Assembly (NCBI RefSeq): GCF_009914755.1
Contig: NC_060935.1
Reading direction: 5' to 3' (one strand)
DNA length: 64,000 nucleotides
Source: the human T2T-CHM13v2.0 reference genome, Homo sapiens
The position numbers and the translations under genes are program-made. Numbering within the stretch: the first letter of the stretch is position 1; every line of letters begins with the position of its first letter. The notes beneath the pieces are model-generated. The model saw only the letters and a list, made by a program, of their open reading frames with translations, had not been told where the DNA came from and made no database searches. Shown here piece after piece: positions 30,614 through 44,972 of this stretch.

Positions 30614-30892
30614 TCAATGGGATCCTGGAACAGAAAGAGGATGTGAACAGAAACATTGGTGAACTCCAGATGAAGCCTGGGTTACATTAATAAGTCGAGA
30701 AGCAATGTCACACTCTTAATTGTCACAACCATACCACAGTCAGGTGTGACCTTAACAAAGGGGGATTGGGCGAGGGGGGCTGTGTGTACAATCCTTGCAA
30801 CTCGTCTGTCATCTTGAAATTGTTCCAAAATAAAAGGTGTATTATGGAACGAGTCAACTGGTGTATCTTGCACTTTCCAAGGATCTTTTCCT

Positions 30893-31158
30893 CTTTTTTG
30901 TTTTTATTTTTATTTTTGAGACAGGGTCTTGCTCTGTCATCCAGGCTGGATTACAGTTGCATGATCATGGCTCACTGCAGCCTCAGCCTCCCCAGGCTCA
31001 GGGGATCCTCCCACATCAGCCTCCCCAGTAGCTGGGACCATAGGCATGCACCACCACACCCAGCTAATTTTAACATTTTTTGTAGAGACAGGGTTTCACC
31101 ATGTTGCTCAGGCTGGTCTTGAACTCCTGGGCTCAAGCGATCCGCCCGCCTCGGCCTC
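30893..31158 (-). mobile_element. 5'-truncated AluJ-like element
   Basis: TSD aaggatcttttcct on both sides. Confidence 0.92.
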
Positions 31159-34100
31159 AAGGATCTTTTCCTGTGTGTGCCTCTGTAACGTTCCGCATTG
31201 ATCGTTTGGAAAATATCAATCTCACAATCAGGCAGCTCTTCCAGGAGTGGATGCCATTCTTTATTGTTATGGAAAACTACATTTGTGACTGTCCCCACCA
31301 GGCTCCTCAGGAAGGTCTTTAAGGATTGGAAAACCGTCTGGTTCAAGGGGGCAGTTGTAAGTTTCTCAAAATTCTGCTGTTTGCATGAAAGCTCCAAGGT
31401 GGTCACCAACAGCAAAATCCAGGAGTTGTTTTTCTCTAAGTGGATCTTTTTGTTCTTCTCTGAGGAAACATCCAGCCGGTCGCCGGTTCAGTAAAAGCGG
31501 TGCACGCAGCCCATTGAGCCTGCAACTCAAACCACTGTGCAGGAGCTTTTCCTGGGGACGCTGGCATGCTTCCGGCTACAGTGGGAGTGCTTTGAGCGTG
31601 CCTCCGCGAATATTAAAAAGACACACTCCAGGGTCAAGATTTAATAGAATTAATAAAGTTTAATGCTTCATCAAGGACATTCTTAAGTGAGACTGGCAGC
31701 TGGCCCACGTCCCATGGGCTGGGAGACCTGGGCTCAGTCCCACCTCCTGCCCCAAACTCAGCCACACCACCCTGTCAGGAGGCTTTGGTGGGATGGTTCC
31801 CAGCCCCGTTCATAGACCTGCCCTCTCCCCTGCCCCCTCCACCCTCCACCACCTCACCCTCCCCATTAGATTCTCCTGGAGCTTCTCCTCAAGGTTCCAG
31901 GGAGCCCTCACCGACCAGCCCAGCCTAGAGAAATTCACTTCCTGGGGCTCCCTCTGCCCATTCCTTACTATCCCGTATGTTCCTTGGCTTCCCCCACCAG
32001 GCTGCGAACTTGGCAGAGGCAGATCCCCCGACCCAGCACGGTCTCCTATCTGGCAGTGGTTTATCTCCTACTCGCCCAGGCCAGGACGGCCTCCTGCAGT
32101 CCATCCCACGAGCTTGCAGCCATCCCGTAGGGCCCTCTGTCTCAGGCCTGGCAGCAGTGGGATTCCTCTGGATCTGGGAATTCTCTTGACCCCCTGGTGA
32201 ACCGCAGAGAGCACAGCCCTCGCCTCCTTGCTAATCACAAGCAGAGAGTGGCGGGTGCACGCCTCCTAGCTGGACGGGCCCTGCCCCAAGTTTCTTCTCA
32301 TGCACAACGTTCAGTGAGGAACTTTCCAGAACGTGCCGGGATGTCAGATCCCAGTGCTGCAGGAAGGAGTTTCCGGGGAGCGCTGGGTGAGCGGGAAAGA
32401 CCAGGAGTAAGGAGCCGACCCCCTCAGGCTTCCTCTCCCATGTTTTCCACAAGGGAGCCCCCCAGGCCCAGAGGCGCTCAGGGGAAGGCCTCGCCCAAGC
32501 TGGGCTTGCCGTCTGCCCTGAGCGCCTGGAAGTGCTCGTGCTCTGAGACAGTGCCAGCTGATTCCCCGACTCATGCCCCGGCATTCCCAGGACAGGGATG
32601 CATGGAGGGCCTGACCCAGACACCCCTGGGCACACGGGCCCTGGCCTGGACCCAGCGTTCAGACAGGAACTGGGCCCTAGTGGGAGGATCTTGCCCAGCT
32701 GAAAGAAGAGACGACTCAGCCCTGAGCCAGCCACACCTGATGGGGTCCTGCTGGGGCACCACAGAAGCCCTTCCTCGCCACTGCCCAGTGGTGGGTTCAG
32801 CGGCGGAGACTGGCCTGTTCTGGGAGACAGAGAAGGGAGGCCGCACACAGGATACTGGCCTCCCTCCTCCAAGCCGCCCTCCTTCCTTGAGGGATCTTCC
32901 AAGCTCCAGGTGGTGTTTCCTGGGCCTGAGTGGGGGAGGTGCCTGGTGGAGGAGGCGTAGAGGGGAAGGGAGGGGCACCAGGGCCAGAGCAATGGCCCAG
33001 AGGGGACACACACAGGGCAGCCTCCTGGTCGCACCCTGAGTAACCCCGGCCTGCCCCTCACTCGCCGGCTGCGGTCTCAGTCTTCTTACCTGGCGGGTGG
33101 GGCTGGTAAGCACAGAGCCTGCCCCTGGCACATGGGGAGCATTTAGGGAGACACACACAGAGGGCTCTCGGTACACCCAGCCCCATGAGCGGGAGAAATG
33201 TGATGCGAAAGCCCTACCTTCACACCCAGAGTCTGGGGAGGCAGGAGAGCTGGGCAGCAGGCTGGGTCCTCCACCTGCGTAGTTCAAAACTGTACCCTCA
33301 AGCAAGCCCTCAGGCCTGACCTGGGGCAGTAGGGAGACCCCAGGTGGGGTCTAGAGCTGGTGCCAGAGGGTCCTAAGCCTCAGAACAGCTTGCCCTTGGC
33401 CTCAGGTCAGCAGTGAGGAGTGGAGGCAAACCCTAGGGCTGCCTCTCTGAGTGGCTTTCTGAGCTGGCCAGGGTTGGGCAGGAGGAGGGTGAGGCTGCTT
33501 CCATTTCACCTGCACCCAGAGCTGTACCTGGTAGAGGAAGGAAGAGATGACTGTGCTGAGGCCGGGAACTGCCTGGAAGACACAGGCCCACAAACATCTC
33601 TGGCCTCAGCCTTGGGAGGCAAGATGGCGTGGGTACTGCCTGACCACAGGAGGACTTGGGGGCACTGGGGTGAGCAACCCCACGGCCCTGCTATTCTCCG
33701 CAGCCTGACATCATGCCATCAGGGCAATGGACTCCTTGTTGGCTGTCTGTGCCTCCAGCTGTGAGTCTGCAGTTGCCCGTCTGCTACGTGGCCAATGCCC
33801 AGCACAGTGGCTAACCTGGGGCACTCAAGAACAATGGAACGACCATCAACAGGTCCCTGTCTTTCTCAGTTGGCCATCAATTAAAATGCGGAGAATAGCT
33901 CTACTTTTGAGGATGAAGTGATAGAACAGATGTACAGCAGGTAGCACAGGGTGACACCCTGTCTGTGGAAACTTCTGGAGTGAAGGCTGGCTTGTAAGGA
34001 CTAAGACTTGCCAGATAGCAGGTTCATTAGATGTGATGGAAGGTAAGAGAGATGGGGACTGCTAACACCCAGAATTCTGGTGTCAACAACTGAGGGGCTG

Positions 34101-34419
34101 GGATGGTTATTCCTTGAGATGGGAGGAAGAGCTTCACATGCTAGTGGATAAACTGAGCAGGCATTGGATCTACGTGCCCAATCTCAAGAGGGCGAAACAA
34201 GAGTTCCACGTTTGGGAGTCTTCAGGACATATGCCATCATCAAAGCTGTGGTGTGGAAGAGTTCATCCAGGGGGTGAAGTTGGAGGAAGGGAAGGATAGA
34301 GGAAGCCCAGGCCAGGATGAGGCCAGTGCTTAATGGAAGGGAGAGCAACAAGGAAAACAAAATGACGGGACAGTAAAACTGGACCAAGTGGCCACAGGAG
34401 CCAAAGGGATAGCACATTT

Positions 34420-35700
<1,281 letters not shown>

Positions 35701-36239
35701 CCCCATACCAGAAACCAGGGCAGATTTGACACATAAAAGGCCCTTCTCTAGCCTTTTTTGAGAGTCTCATCTCACTCTCCAGCGACTTTGATTGCCTCCA
35801 GCTCCTTTCCTGCTTCCTCTGGCCATAATAATGGCAGGACTTCTTTTAATCCCCTCTTTTTTTCACAGGTGTTGAACATGGCAGGCATTCTATTGGAATT
35901 ATAGATACCCACACCATACCCTGACTACCCCATCAAAATCTACCTGCTTTTGCTAACTTTCTAGAGTCCTTGGTAGTTTCTGTTTGTTTGTGATTCGGGG
36001 TTTACAGTTGTTATGTGCAGGAGTGCTGGTTTGTTAAAGTTTGCTACTCCATACTAGAAGGAGAACCAAGAGAAGTTTCCGAGTGGGGAGTGAGAGCAAG
36101 CGGGTGAGCAGGAAAAGGCTGCTGAGTGGTCAAGTCTAATAAAAAAAAAAGGGTGCCCTGAATTTGGCTACAAGAAGGTTGGTGGTTGTCGTGAAAAGTC
36201 CTCTCAGTGGGTGAGGAGATAGCAGGAAACTGAGGACTA

Positions 36240-37106
<867 letters not shown>

Positions 37107-37416
37107 GATATGTTCAGATTTTTCTAGGTCCTCTTGAGACAATTTCCAGGTATATGTTCACTTAAACAAGACCTTTACATTTCATTTTTAAAATTCCTTT
37201 TAATATCATTCCCAATAAATTTCATTTAATCGACAAATATCTTTTAATCTCTATGATGTGTCGGATCCTAAAAACAGGGTATATTCAACCTGAATCAACA
37301 CATAGAATCTCTATAAGCACAGACATACAATGGATTACAGTCTCTTTGCTCTCTTCCCTCACAAGGATCATGTCAGAAGAGAATCCAGGTAGACACTTGT
37401 TGACCTACAGCTGACT

Positions 37417-37576
37417 TGCACCTATCCACACATCCATTTATCCATCCATACATCCATTCACCCACACACACATCTATTCACCCATCCATCACCCACCCAC
37501 TCCATCATCTACCTATCCATACATCTACCCATCTGCCCATCTGCTTATCCATCCACCAACCCACCCATCCATTCAT
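37417..37576. repeat. Degenerate (TCCA)n
   Basis: Direct reading; opposite orientation to the other GGAT arrays. Confidence 0.9.
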
Positions 37577-40530
37577 GGAGCCCACATTGAAGGTCCAAGG
37601 CTGAGAAATATAAGCTAAGTGGCTGGAAGACCAAACTGATACTTTAAATGGCCTCCACAGGCTAAAACCATGGACAGAATAGAACAAGATAAGACGATGT
37701 TCTGGGATCCAGGGAAGATCTGAGTGAATAATTTACAAGGTGCTAGCCGGGCCCCTCCTCAGCCCTGCTGTTTGTTACATTTATGTTGATGTGCCACTTC
37801 CTAGAGTTGTTTTGAGGGCAGGAATGGAACTTTATCCATCTTCATGATTCTAGGGCTTTGTACAGGGCCTGGCATATGTGTATTGAACAGATGATGAAGG
37901 CAGGAAGGACCAGAGTGTTGTGGAAGGTCCCGCACGGAGCCCGGAACATGGGACATGTGGCCGCTGAGGGCTGGGTGCTGGGGAGGGTTGCGGCTGCTTG
38001 CTTCAACACCACAGAGGGCTCCAGTGTAGATTTCTTTCCCTCCCACAAAGCTCTGAGCCCAGGTCCAGGGGTGGGGGAAACCCCTGTGGTCTCAGCCCGC
38101 TCCCACCTGCTGGGGCCGGCCAGCCCTCAGCCACTGCAGCGCCACGGAGCATCAGGAGAGGCCTCGAAAGTCTTCCTCCCCACAGTGCTGCTGAGCTGGG
38201 GCCAGGGACCAGGCTGGGGCGTATCCTAGGCCCCGTCCTCGGCAGGAGAAAGGTGGGGGTGGGCACTGCTTGTCTTCTCCCCCACTACCTCCACCGACTC
38301 TGCAGAGAACCAATTTGCCTTATCAGAAATTCCCGAGAGTGGCTGGCTAAACCAAATAGCTAGGATTCCTGCTCAGAGGCACATCTGTTCCTGATAGACG
38401 GGAGGCCAGGGACGACAAGGCAGGGGAAGGGAAGCAGAGGTACTCGGCCAGACCTTCCCGAAGTGATGCTCCCAGCCAGGCGGGGGAGCCAGCCAGCCTG
38501 AGAGTGGGCAGACCTGGGTTGCCCCCAGGGCCTGAGGCAGGAGGAGCTCCCTGCTCCCCATACTCCCCCCAGCTGAGGAGCCAGGGTCTGCATTTGGTGG
38601 GGCTGGGGGCAGGGTGGAAATGACCCCATCTGTGCATGCGTGCGATGCTGCTGGGCCACACCGAGCTCCTCCCAGCTGGGGTGCCTCCCTGCGCCCGGCC
38701 CAGCACCACCCCTTCCACCCCACCCACCCCACCCGCTAGTGCACCTCCAAACCCTCTCAGGCTCCAGGAGTTCCCACACTTAGACCATCTCTCCAGAATT
38801 GATGGCTAGAGTGGCTCACTCTCCCCTTAAAAGCCCCTCCCCGCCTCCCAGAGCTCACTGAAGGTCAAGTTCAGCTTCTTGGCTCAGCACCGAGGCCCTT
38901 TGAGCTGCAGCCATCTCCCTCCATGTGTGCACACCTGTGCCTGCACATGCGGTTCCCTGTGCCTAGAACGCCCTTCCCACCCACGTCCTGCCAATGCCCA
39001 CGCTCCTGTCCGACCCCGCGGGAGGAGCACCCCTGTCTGCATGGTCTTTCTCAGCCCCAGACCTCCAGGTGCCTTTGCCTCACCCCGCTCACACCACCAG
39101 GTCCCCTTGGCCCAGGAATTCCTTCTTCTGAAGCCCTGGCTCCCCAGCACCAGGAGCAGGCATAGCCAAGTGCGCGAACAAAGAATGAAGACTGGGAGGA
39201 GGCGATCAGGAGAGGGCAGTGGAGGAGGCTGGAAGGAGAGAGGGGCAATTCTGGCTCTCCGAGGACTCCGAGGAGGACTCCGAGGAGGCCTGGGGAAGGT
39301 GAAGGTTTGCACCACTTTTCTGTCCCCTGGGAGAGCCAGGCACGTGGGAACAGTCTGAAGATGGGGAGGGGCCTGTTCTTGCTTCCAGTCATGGCACCTT
39401 GGGGTCCCACCTGCCCCCTACCACTGGGCTCCAACATGTGCCTGCACCCCCCTCCCTCAATGCAGTCTGGGGCCACCCTCCTCCACACCCACCACCCCAC
39501 TGACACCGCCACTCTGGGGCTGCAGGCTTTCAAGGGCAGAGGCATCCCCATCTCTGTGTGCTCCACGGCCGAGCTGAGTCAGGGGGTCTCAGGCTTTGGA
39601 CAATCAAGGAGGGAGGAGGCGAGAGGATGGAGTGCAGTAGAGGGGGTGGGTAGGTAATAGGTCCTGTCACCCTGAGGGTCTAAGCACCTGTCTATGTGAA
39701 GGGGGTACTGAAAGGCAGACTTGGAGAGGGGTTCCCTGGAGGGAGCGGCTGCAGGCGGCCGCTCTCCTGCCATCCTTCCCTGTGTAGCCTGTGCAGGCAG
39801 CATGGAGTCCCCACTCCAACTCCCAGATGGACATGCACCCCGGTACCCCCAACCCCCAAGACACATCTCATTCAGCCATCCCCCAGAGGAAGCAAGCCCC
39901 ACCCTCGCTCCAGGTCTGTGGTGCGGTCCCCTCTCCCCGGCCTCAGCAGCCCCTTCCACCGAGGAGGAGCCCAGCACGGAGGGCACGGCACTGGGGAGAG
40001 GGCCGGGCTGGCGGCCGGAATGTGCCGCGGCCAGTGTAAACAGATCATTTCTGTCTGCCTTGGGGGGAGGGCTGGGAGCGGGGAGGGAGTTGTCTTGGGC
40101 TTTGTTATGTTCTGAAAAAAAAAGGCAAAAAATTTGGGTCACAAACCACAAACTGTTTTGCTTTCGGCATGACTGGCATAAACAGGCATTTTCTCTTTGG
40201 TTTCAGGCCGGCTGAGGCCTGGGCTGGCTGGGGCTGGGAGCCGGGGGACAGGCTGGAGACTACACTCTGAGCCTGGGGCTGCAGCCCCGGCCTGGGCCAG
40301 AGGGGAGTGGGCAGGGCCAGGGGCCCAGCTGAGAAGGTGGAGACCAGGCTTGAGGGGTGGGGCTGTCAGCCTGTGGGTGCCAGCCCTGGCCTGGCCGCAC
40401 CTGTGTGGGAGCTGGGAAGAGCGGGGACCCTGGGGGCCAGACCCAGAGGGACAGGTTCCTCCAGGATGAGGCCTGCTGAGCGGGCCGGTGGGCAACCTCA
40501 GCAAGGATGCCTGGCAGCTGGGTCTCCCCG

Positions 40531-40803
40531 GCAAGCTAACCCGGGGGGCAGGGGGCAAGCTAACCTGGGGGGCAGGGGGCAGGGGCCAAGCTAACCCAGG
40601 GGCAGGGGCCAAGCTAACCCGGGGGGCAGGGGCCAAGCTAACCCAGGGGCAGGGGCCAATCTAACCCGGGGGGCAGGGGACAAGCTAACCCGGGGGGCAG
40701 GGGACAAGCTAACCCAGGGGCAGGGGGCAAGCTAACCCAGGGGTAGGGGGCAAGGGGGAAGCTAACACAGGGGCAGGAGACAAGCTAACCCGGGGAGCAG
40801 GGA
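40531..40803. repeat. ~23-24-bp G-rich minisatellite (caagctaacccggggggcagggg), 11 units
   Basis: 11 occurrences of the ctaac core. Confidence 0.95.
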
Positions 40804-41828
40804 GTTAGCCATTGGTGGGGTGCCAGAGTCCCTCGAGGCACCCTCCAGGGCCTTCTGTCTGACCCCTCTGGTCTGGGAGCCCCAGACAGAGCCCCAGGGA
40901 TCCTGGAGAGGACTTGCCAGCAGGCGTCTTGGGACCATGGTTAGCAGTGTCTCTGGCGGATGGTGGGGGGCTCAATGCCAGAACAAACAGGAAGGGAGAC
41001 CAGGGAGGCCAGACTCCTGGGGGTCAGGATGGCACAGTACAGCAGAGGGCGTGCGTGAGTTACCAGGACAAGGGTGATACCAGAGGGCCTGGGCAAGAGG
41101 GCAGCAGGTGCAGCCTGGGACTGGGAGTGGAGGGGTGGGTGGGAGGACCAGGGATGGGGCCAGGTGCTGGAAAGCCTGGCCAGGGCCTGGATTTGCCAGT
41201 GGCCCACGGGATTCACGGAGGGCTCTAAGTGGAGAGAGGCAGACTCTGGCCCCACTGCTCTGGTCCCATATGGAGCATGGCCAGAGGGGCTGGCTCTACA
41301 GGAGGCTGGACAGCAGCAGGGGCCAGGGCCTGGTGGAGTCCGTGGATCTCCTCAACTAACTCAATGTGAGGTGTGGTGGAGGGCAGTGGTGGACCGGCAG
41401 ACGCATGCTGGGTGAGGGGTCTGCAGGACATCCTGGAGGAGTGAAGCTGGCCACAGCAGGTGCCATTGGAAGTGTGTCCTCTTCATTCTCAGAGCGTTTG
41501 TGGGACAGGTCCACACGGGCTGCCATTGTGCAGAGGAATTCCAAGGCAGACTCCACGCCGAGGGTGCAACCACGCCAAGATGACCTGGGCAAAGGTCTGC
41601 AGGGGAAGGGGTCTAGGCAGGGGCAACCCAACCTGGGACCACTGTGGCTGGGCAGGTGTCATAGCGGTGGTGGTGATGGGTAGTGTGGGTCAGGTGGCCT
41701 CATGGGTCATCATGAGGGTGTTGCTTGTCACCAAGGAAATAAGGTACCACTGCTGGACTATGAACCGAGCTGTGCCACGAGGCCACGTGGGTGCTGCGTG
41801 GAGGTTGGGTTAGGGTTAGGGTTAGGTT

Positions 41829-41955
41829 AGGCTGGAGTGCAGTGTCTGTTCACAGGTGCCATCGCAGCTCACTATAACCTTGGACTCCTGGGCTCAAGTG
41901 ATCCTCCTGGCTCAGCCTCCTGGGTAGCTGGGATTACAGGTTCGAGTCACTGCAC
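41829..41955 (-). mobile_element. FAM-like (fossil Alu monomer) fragment
   Basis: ctggagtgcagtgtctgttcacaggtgccatc retains the 7SL-derived segment characteristic of FAM, then ctcctgggctcaagtgatcctcc...gggattacagg. Confidence 0.75.
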
Positions 41956-42230
41956 ATGACGGGACAGACCTTTCTGAGGGCCACAATTCACCCCATGGCC
42001 TCAGGGTCCCATGGTGTCTGTTGAACAAACGGCATGGCCTATGCAGCCCAGGCCATCTGCCCCCCATTACAGCTCTGACCTCAGCCCCCTACACAGGCCC
42101 CCCACCTCTTCCTGCTGCAGCTCCCACCAACCCAAACCCCCGACTTCCTGCTGTGGCTCAAACACTCCCAGACCACTCATGTTTTATCCCTGTGAGGAAG
42201 AACGCTCTTTCTGGATGCTTCATACTCCTT

Positions 42231-42327
42231 CCTCAGCTCCTTCCAGTCTCTGCCCCCACGCCAACTTCTCCATGAGGCCTCAGCTCCGTCCAGTCTCTGC
42301 CCCCACGCCAACTTCTCCATGAGGCCT
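42231..42327. repeat. ~48-bp near-perfect tandem duplication
   Basis: cctcagctcc(t/g)tccagtctctgcccccacgccaacttctccatgagg followed by tccagtctctgcccccacgccaacttctccatgaggcct. Confidence 0.88.
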
Positions 42328-42439
42328 GTCTTGCTTAAAAGAGCACCGAACACCTTTCGCTTTCTTCCCTCCATGACGCTGAGCTCATCTCTTGGCTGAA
42401 AGTCCAGCATGTGGGTAGTGCCTGTCCATGTGTTTGTAT

Positions 42440-44972
42440 ACGTGGATGAGTGGGTGGGTGGATGGAGGAGTGAGTGGATGGATGGATGAGTGGGTGAGTG
42501 AGAGTCAAGTGGGTAGATGGACAGATGAGTAGACAGATGACTGGGGGTGGATGGAGGGCGAGTGGATAGATGGATGAGTGGGTGAGTGGGTAGATGGATA
42601 GATGAATAGATGAATAGATAGATGACTGGGTGGGTGGATGGAGGGTGAGTGGATGGATGGATGAGTGGGTGAGTGGGTAAGTGGGTGAATGGGTAGACGG
42701 ATAGATGGATAGATGACTGGGTGGGTGGATGGAGGGTGAGTGGTTGGATGGATGAGTGGGCGAGTGAGAGGTAAGTGGGTGAGTGGATAGATGGATAGAT
42801 GAATAGATAGATGACTGGGTGGGTGGATGGAGGGTGAGTGGATGGATGGATGAGTGGGCAAGTGAGAGGTAAGTGGGTGAGTGGGTAGATGGATAGATGA
42901 ATAGATAGATGAGTGGGTGGGTGGATGGAGGGTGAGTGGATGGATGGATGAGTGGGCGAGTGAGAGGTAAGTGGGTAGATGGACAGATGAGTAGACAGAT
43001 GACTGGGGGGTGGATGGAGGGCGAGTGGATGGATGGATGAGTGGGTGAGTGAGAGTTAAGTGGGTAGATGGACAGATGAGTAGACAGATGACTGGGGGGT
43101 GGATGGAGGGCGAGTGGATGGATGGATGAGTGGGTGAGCGGGTAAGTGGGTGAGTGGGTAGATGGATAGATGGATAGATAGATGAGTGGGTGGATGGATG
43201 GAGGGTGAGTGGATGGATGGATGAGTGGGTGAGTGGGTGAGTGGGTAGATGGATAGATGAATAGATGAATAGATAGATGACTGGGTGGGTGGATGGAGGG
43301 TGAGTGGATGGATGGATGAGTGGGTGAGCGGGTAAGTGGGTGAATGGGTAGATGGATAGATGGATAGATGACTGGGTGGGTGGATGGAGGGTGAGTGGTT
43401 GGATGGATGAGTGGGCGAGTGAGAGGTAAGTGGGTGAGTGGATAGATGGATAGATGAATAGATAGATGACTGGGTGGGTGGATGGAGGGTGAGTGGATGG
43501 ATGGATGAGTGGGTGAGTGGGTAAGTGGGTGAGTGGGTAGATGGATAGATGAATAGATAGATGAGTGGGTGGGTGGATGGAGGGTGAGTGGATGGATGGA
43601 TGAGTGGGCGAGTGAGAGGTAAGTGGGTGAGTGGGTGGATGGACAGATGAATAGATAGATGACTGGGTGGGTGGATGGAGGGTGAGTGGATGGATGGATG
43701 AGTGGGTGAGTGAGAGTTAAGTGGGTGGATGGACAGGTGAGTAGATAGATGAGGGTGGGTGGATGGAGGGTGCGTGGATGGATGGATGAGTGGGTGAGTG
43801 AGTGGGTAAGTGGGTGAATGGGTAGATGGATAGATGACTGGGTGGGTGGATGGGAGGGTGAGTGGATGGATGGATGAGTGGGTGAGTTTGTGGGTAAGTG
43901 GGTGAGTGGGTGGATGATGAGTGGGCGAGTGGGTAGATGGATAGATGAGTGGATGGGTAGATGGGAGGGTGAGTGGATGGATGGATGAGTGCGTGAGTGA
44001 GTGGATAAGTGGGTGAGTGGGTGGGTGGGATGGATGAATAGGTGGATGGATGGGTGAGTGGATGGGTGGGTGGGTGGACTGTTGGGTGGACGAATAGATG
44101 GGTGGATGGATGAGTGGGTGAGACTGGGTAAGTGGGTGAGTGGGTAGATGGGATGGATGAATAGATGGATGAATGGGTGGATGGGTGGAGGGGTAAGTAA
44201 ATGGATGAATGAGTGGGTGAGTGAGTAGTAGGTGGGGTGTTTGTGGATGGGATGGATGAATAGGTGGATGGGTGGGTGAGTGGATGGTTGGGTGGGTGGA
44301 TGAATAGATGGGTGAATGGGTGCGTGGGTGAGTGAGTGGGTGAGTGGGTGGAAGAATAGATGGATGAGTGGGTGGGTGGATGGAGGGGTGAGTAAATGGA
44401 TGGATGAGTGGGTGAGTGAGTGGTAAGTGGGTGGATGGGATGGATAAATAGGTGAATGGGTGGATGGTGAGTGGATGGTTTGGTGGGTAGATGGACGAGT
44501 GGATGGATGAGTTGGTGAATGAGTGGGTAAGTGGATGGGTGGAGGGATGGGTGGATGGATGGGTGGAGGGATGGGTGGTTGGATGGTTGGATGGATGGGT
44601 GGAGGGATGGGTGGTTGGATGGTTGGATGGATGGGTGGAGGGATGGGTGGATGGATGGGTGGCTGGATGGGTAGGGGATGGGTGGAGGGATGAGTGGATG
44701 GATGAGTGGAGGGATGGGTGGAGGGATGGGTGGAGGGATGGGTGGAGGGATGGGTGGAGGGATGAGTGGATGGATGGGTGGAGGGATGGGTGGTTGGATG
44801 GCTGGATGGATGGGTGGAGGGATGGGTGGATGGATGGGTGGCTGGATGGGTGTAGGGATGGGTGGAGGGATGAGTGGATGGATGAGTGGAGGGATGGGTG
44901 GAGGGATGGGTGGAGGGATGGGTGGAGGGATAGGTGGATGGATGGGGGGATGGATGGGTGGAGGGATGGAGA
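42440..44972. repeat. 2.5-kb GGAT/GGGT/AGAT compound satellite with higher-order units
   Basis: ~80-96-bp units (gatgactgggtgggtggatggagggtgagtggatggatggatgagtggg...) in 42440-43900 and 12-bp ggagggatgggt units in 44540-44970. Confidence 0.97.

Noticed and set aside
31580-31697. AT-rich block resembling a conserved homeodomain enhancer
   Set aside because: It is better explained as Charlie1 transposon sequence.
40531-40803. Regular repeats superficially like a CRISPR array
   Set aside because: There are no unique spacers, no cas genes, and the context is mammalian; this is a minisatellite.
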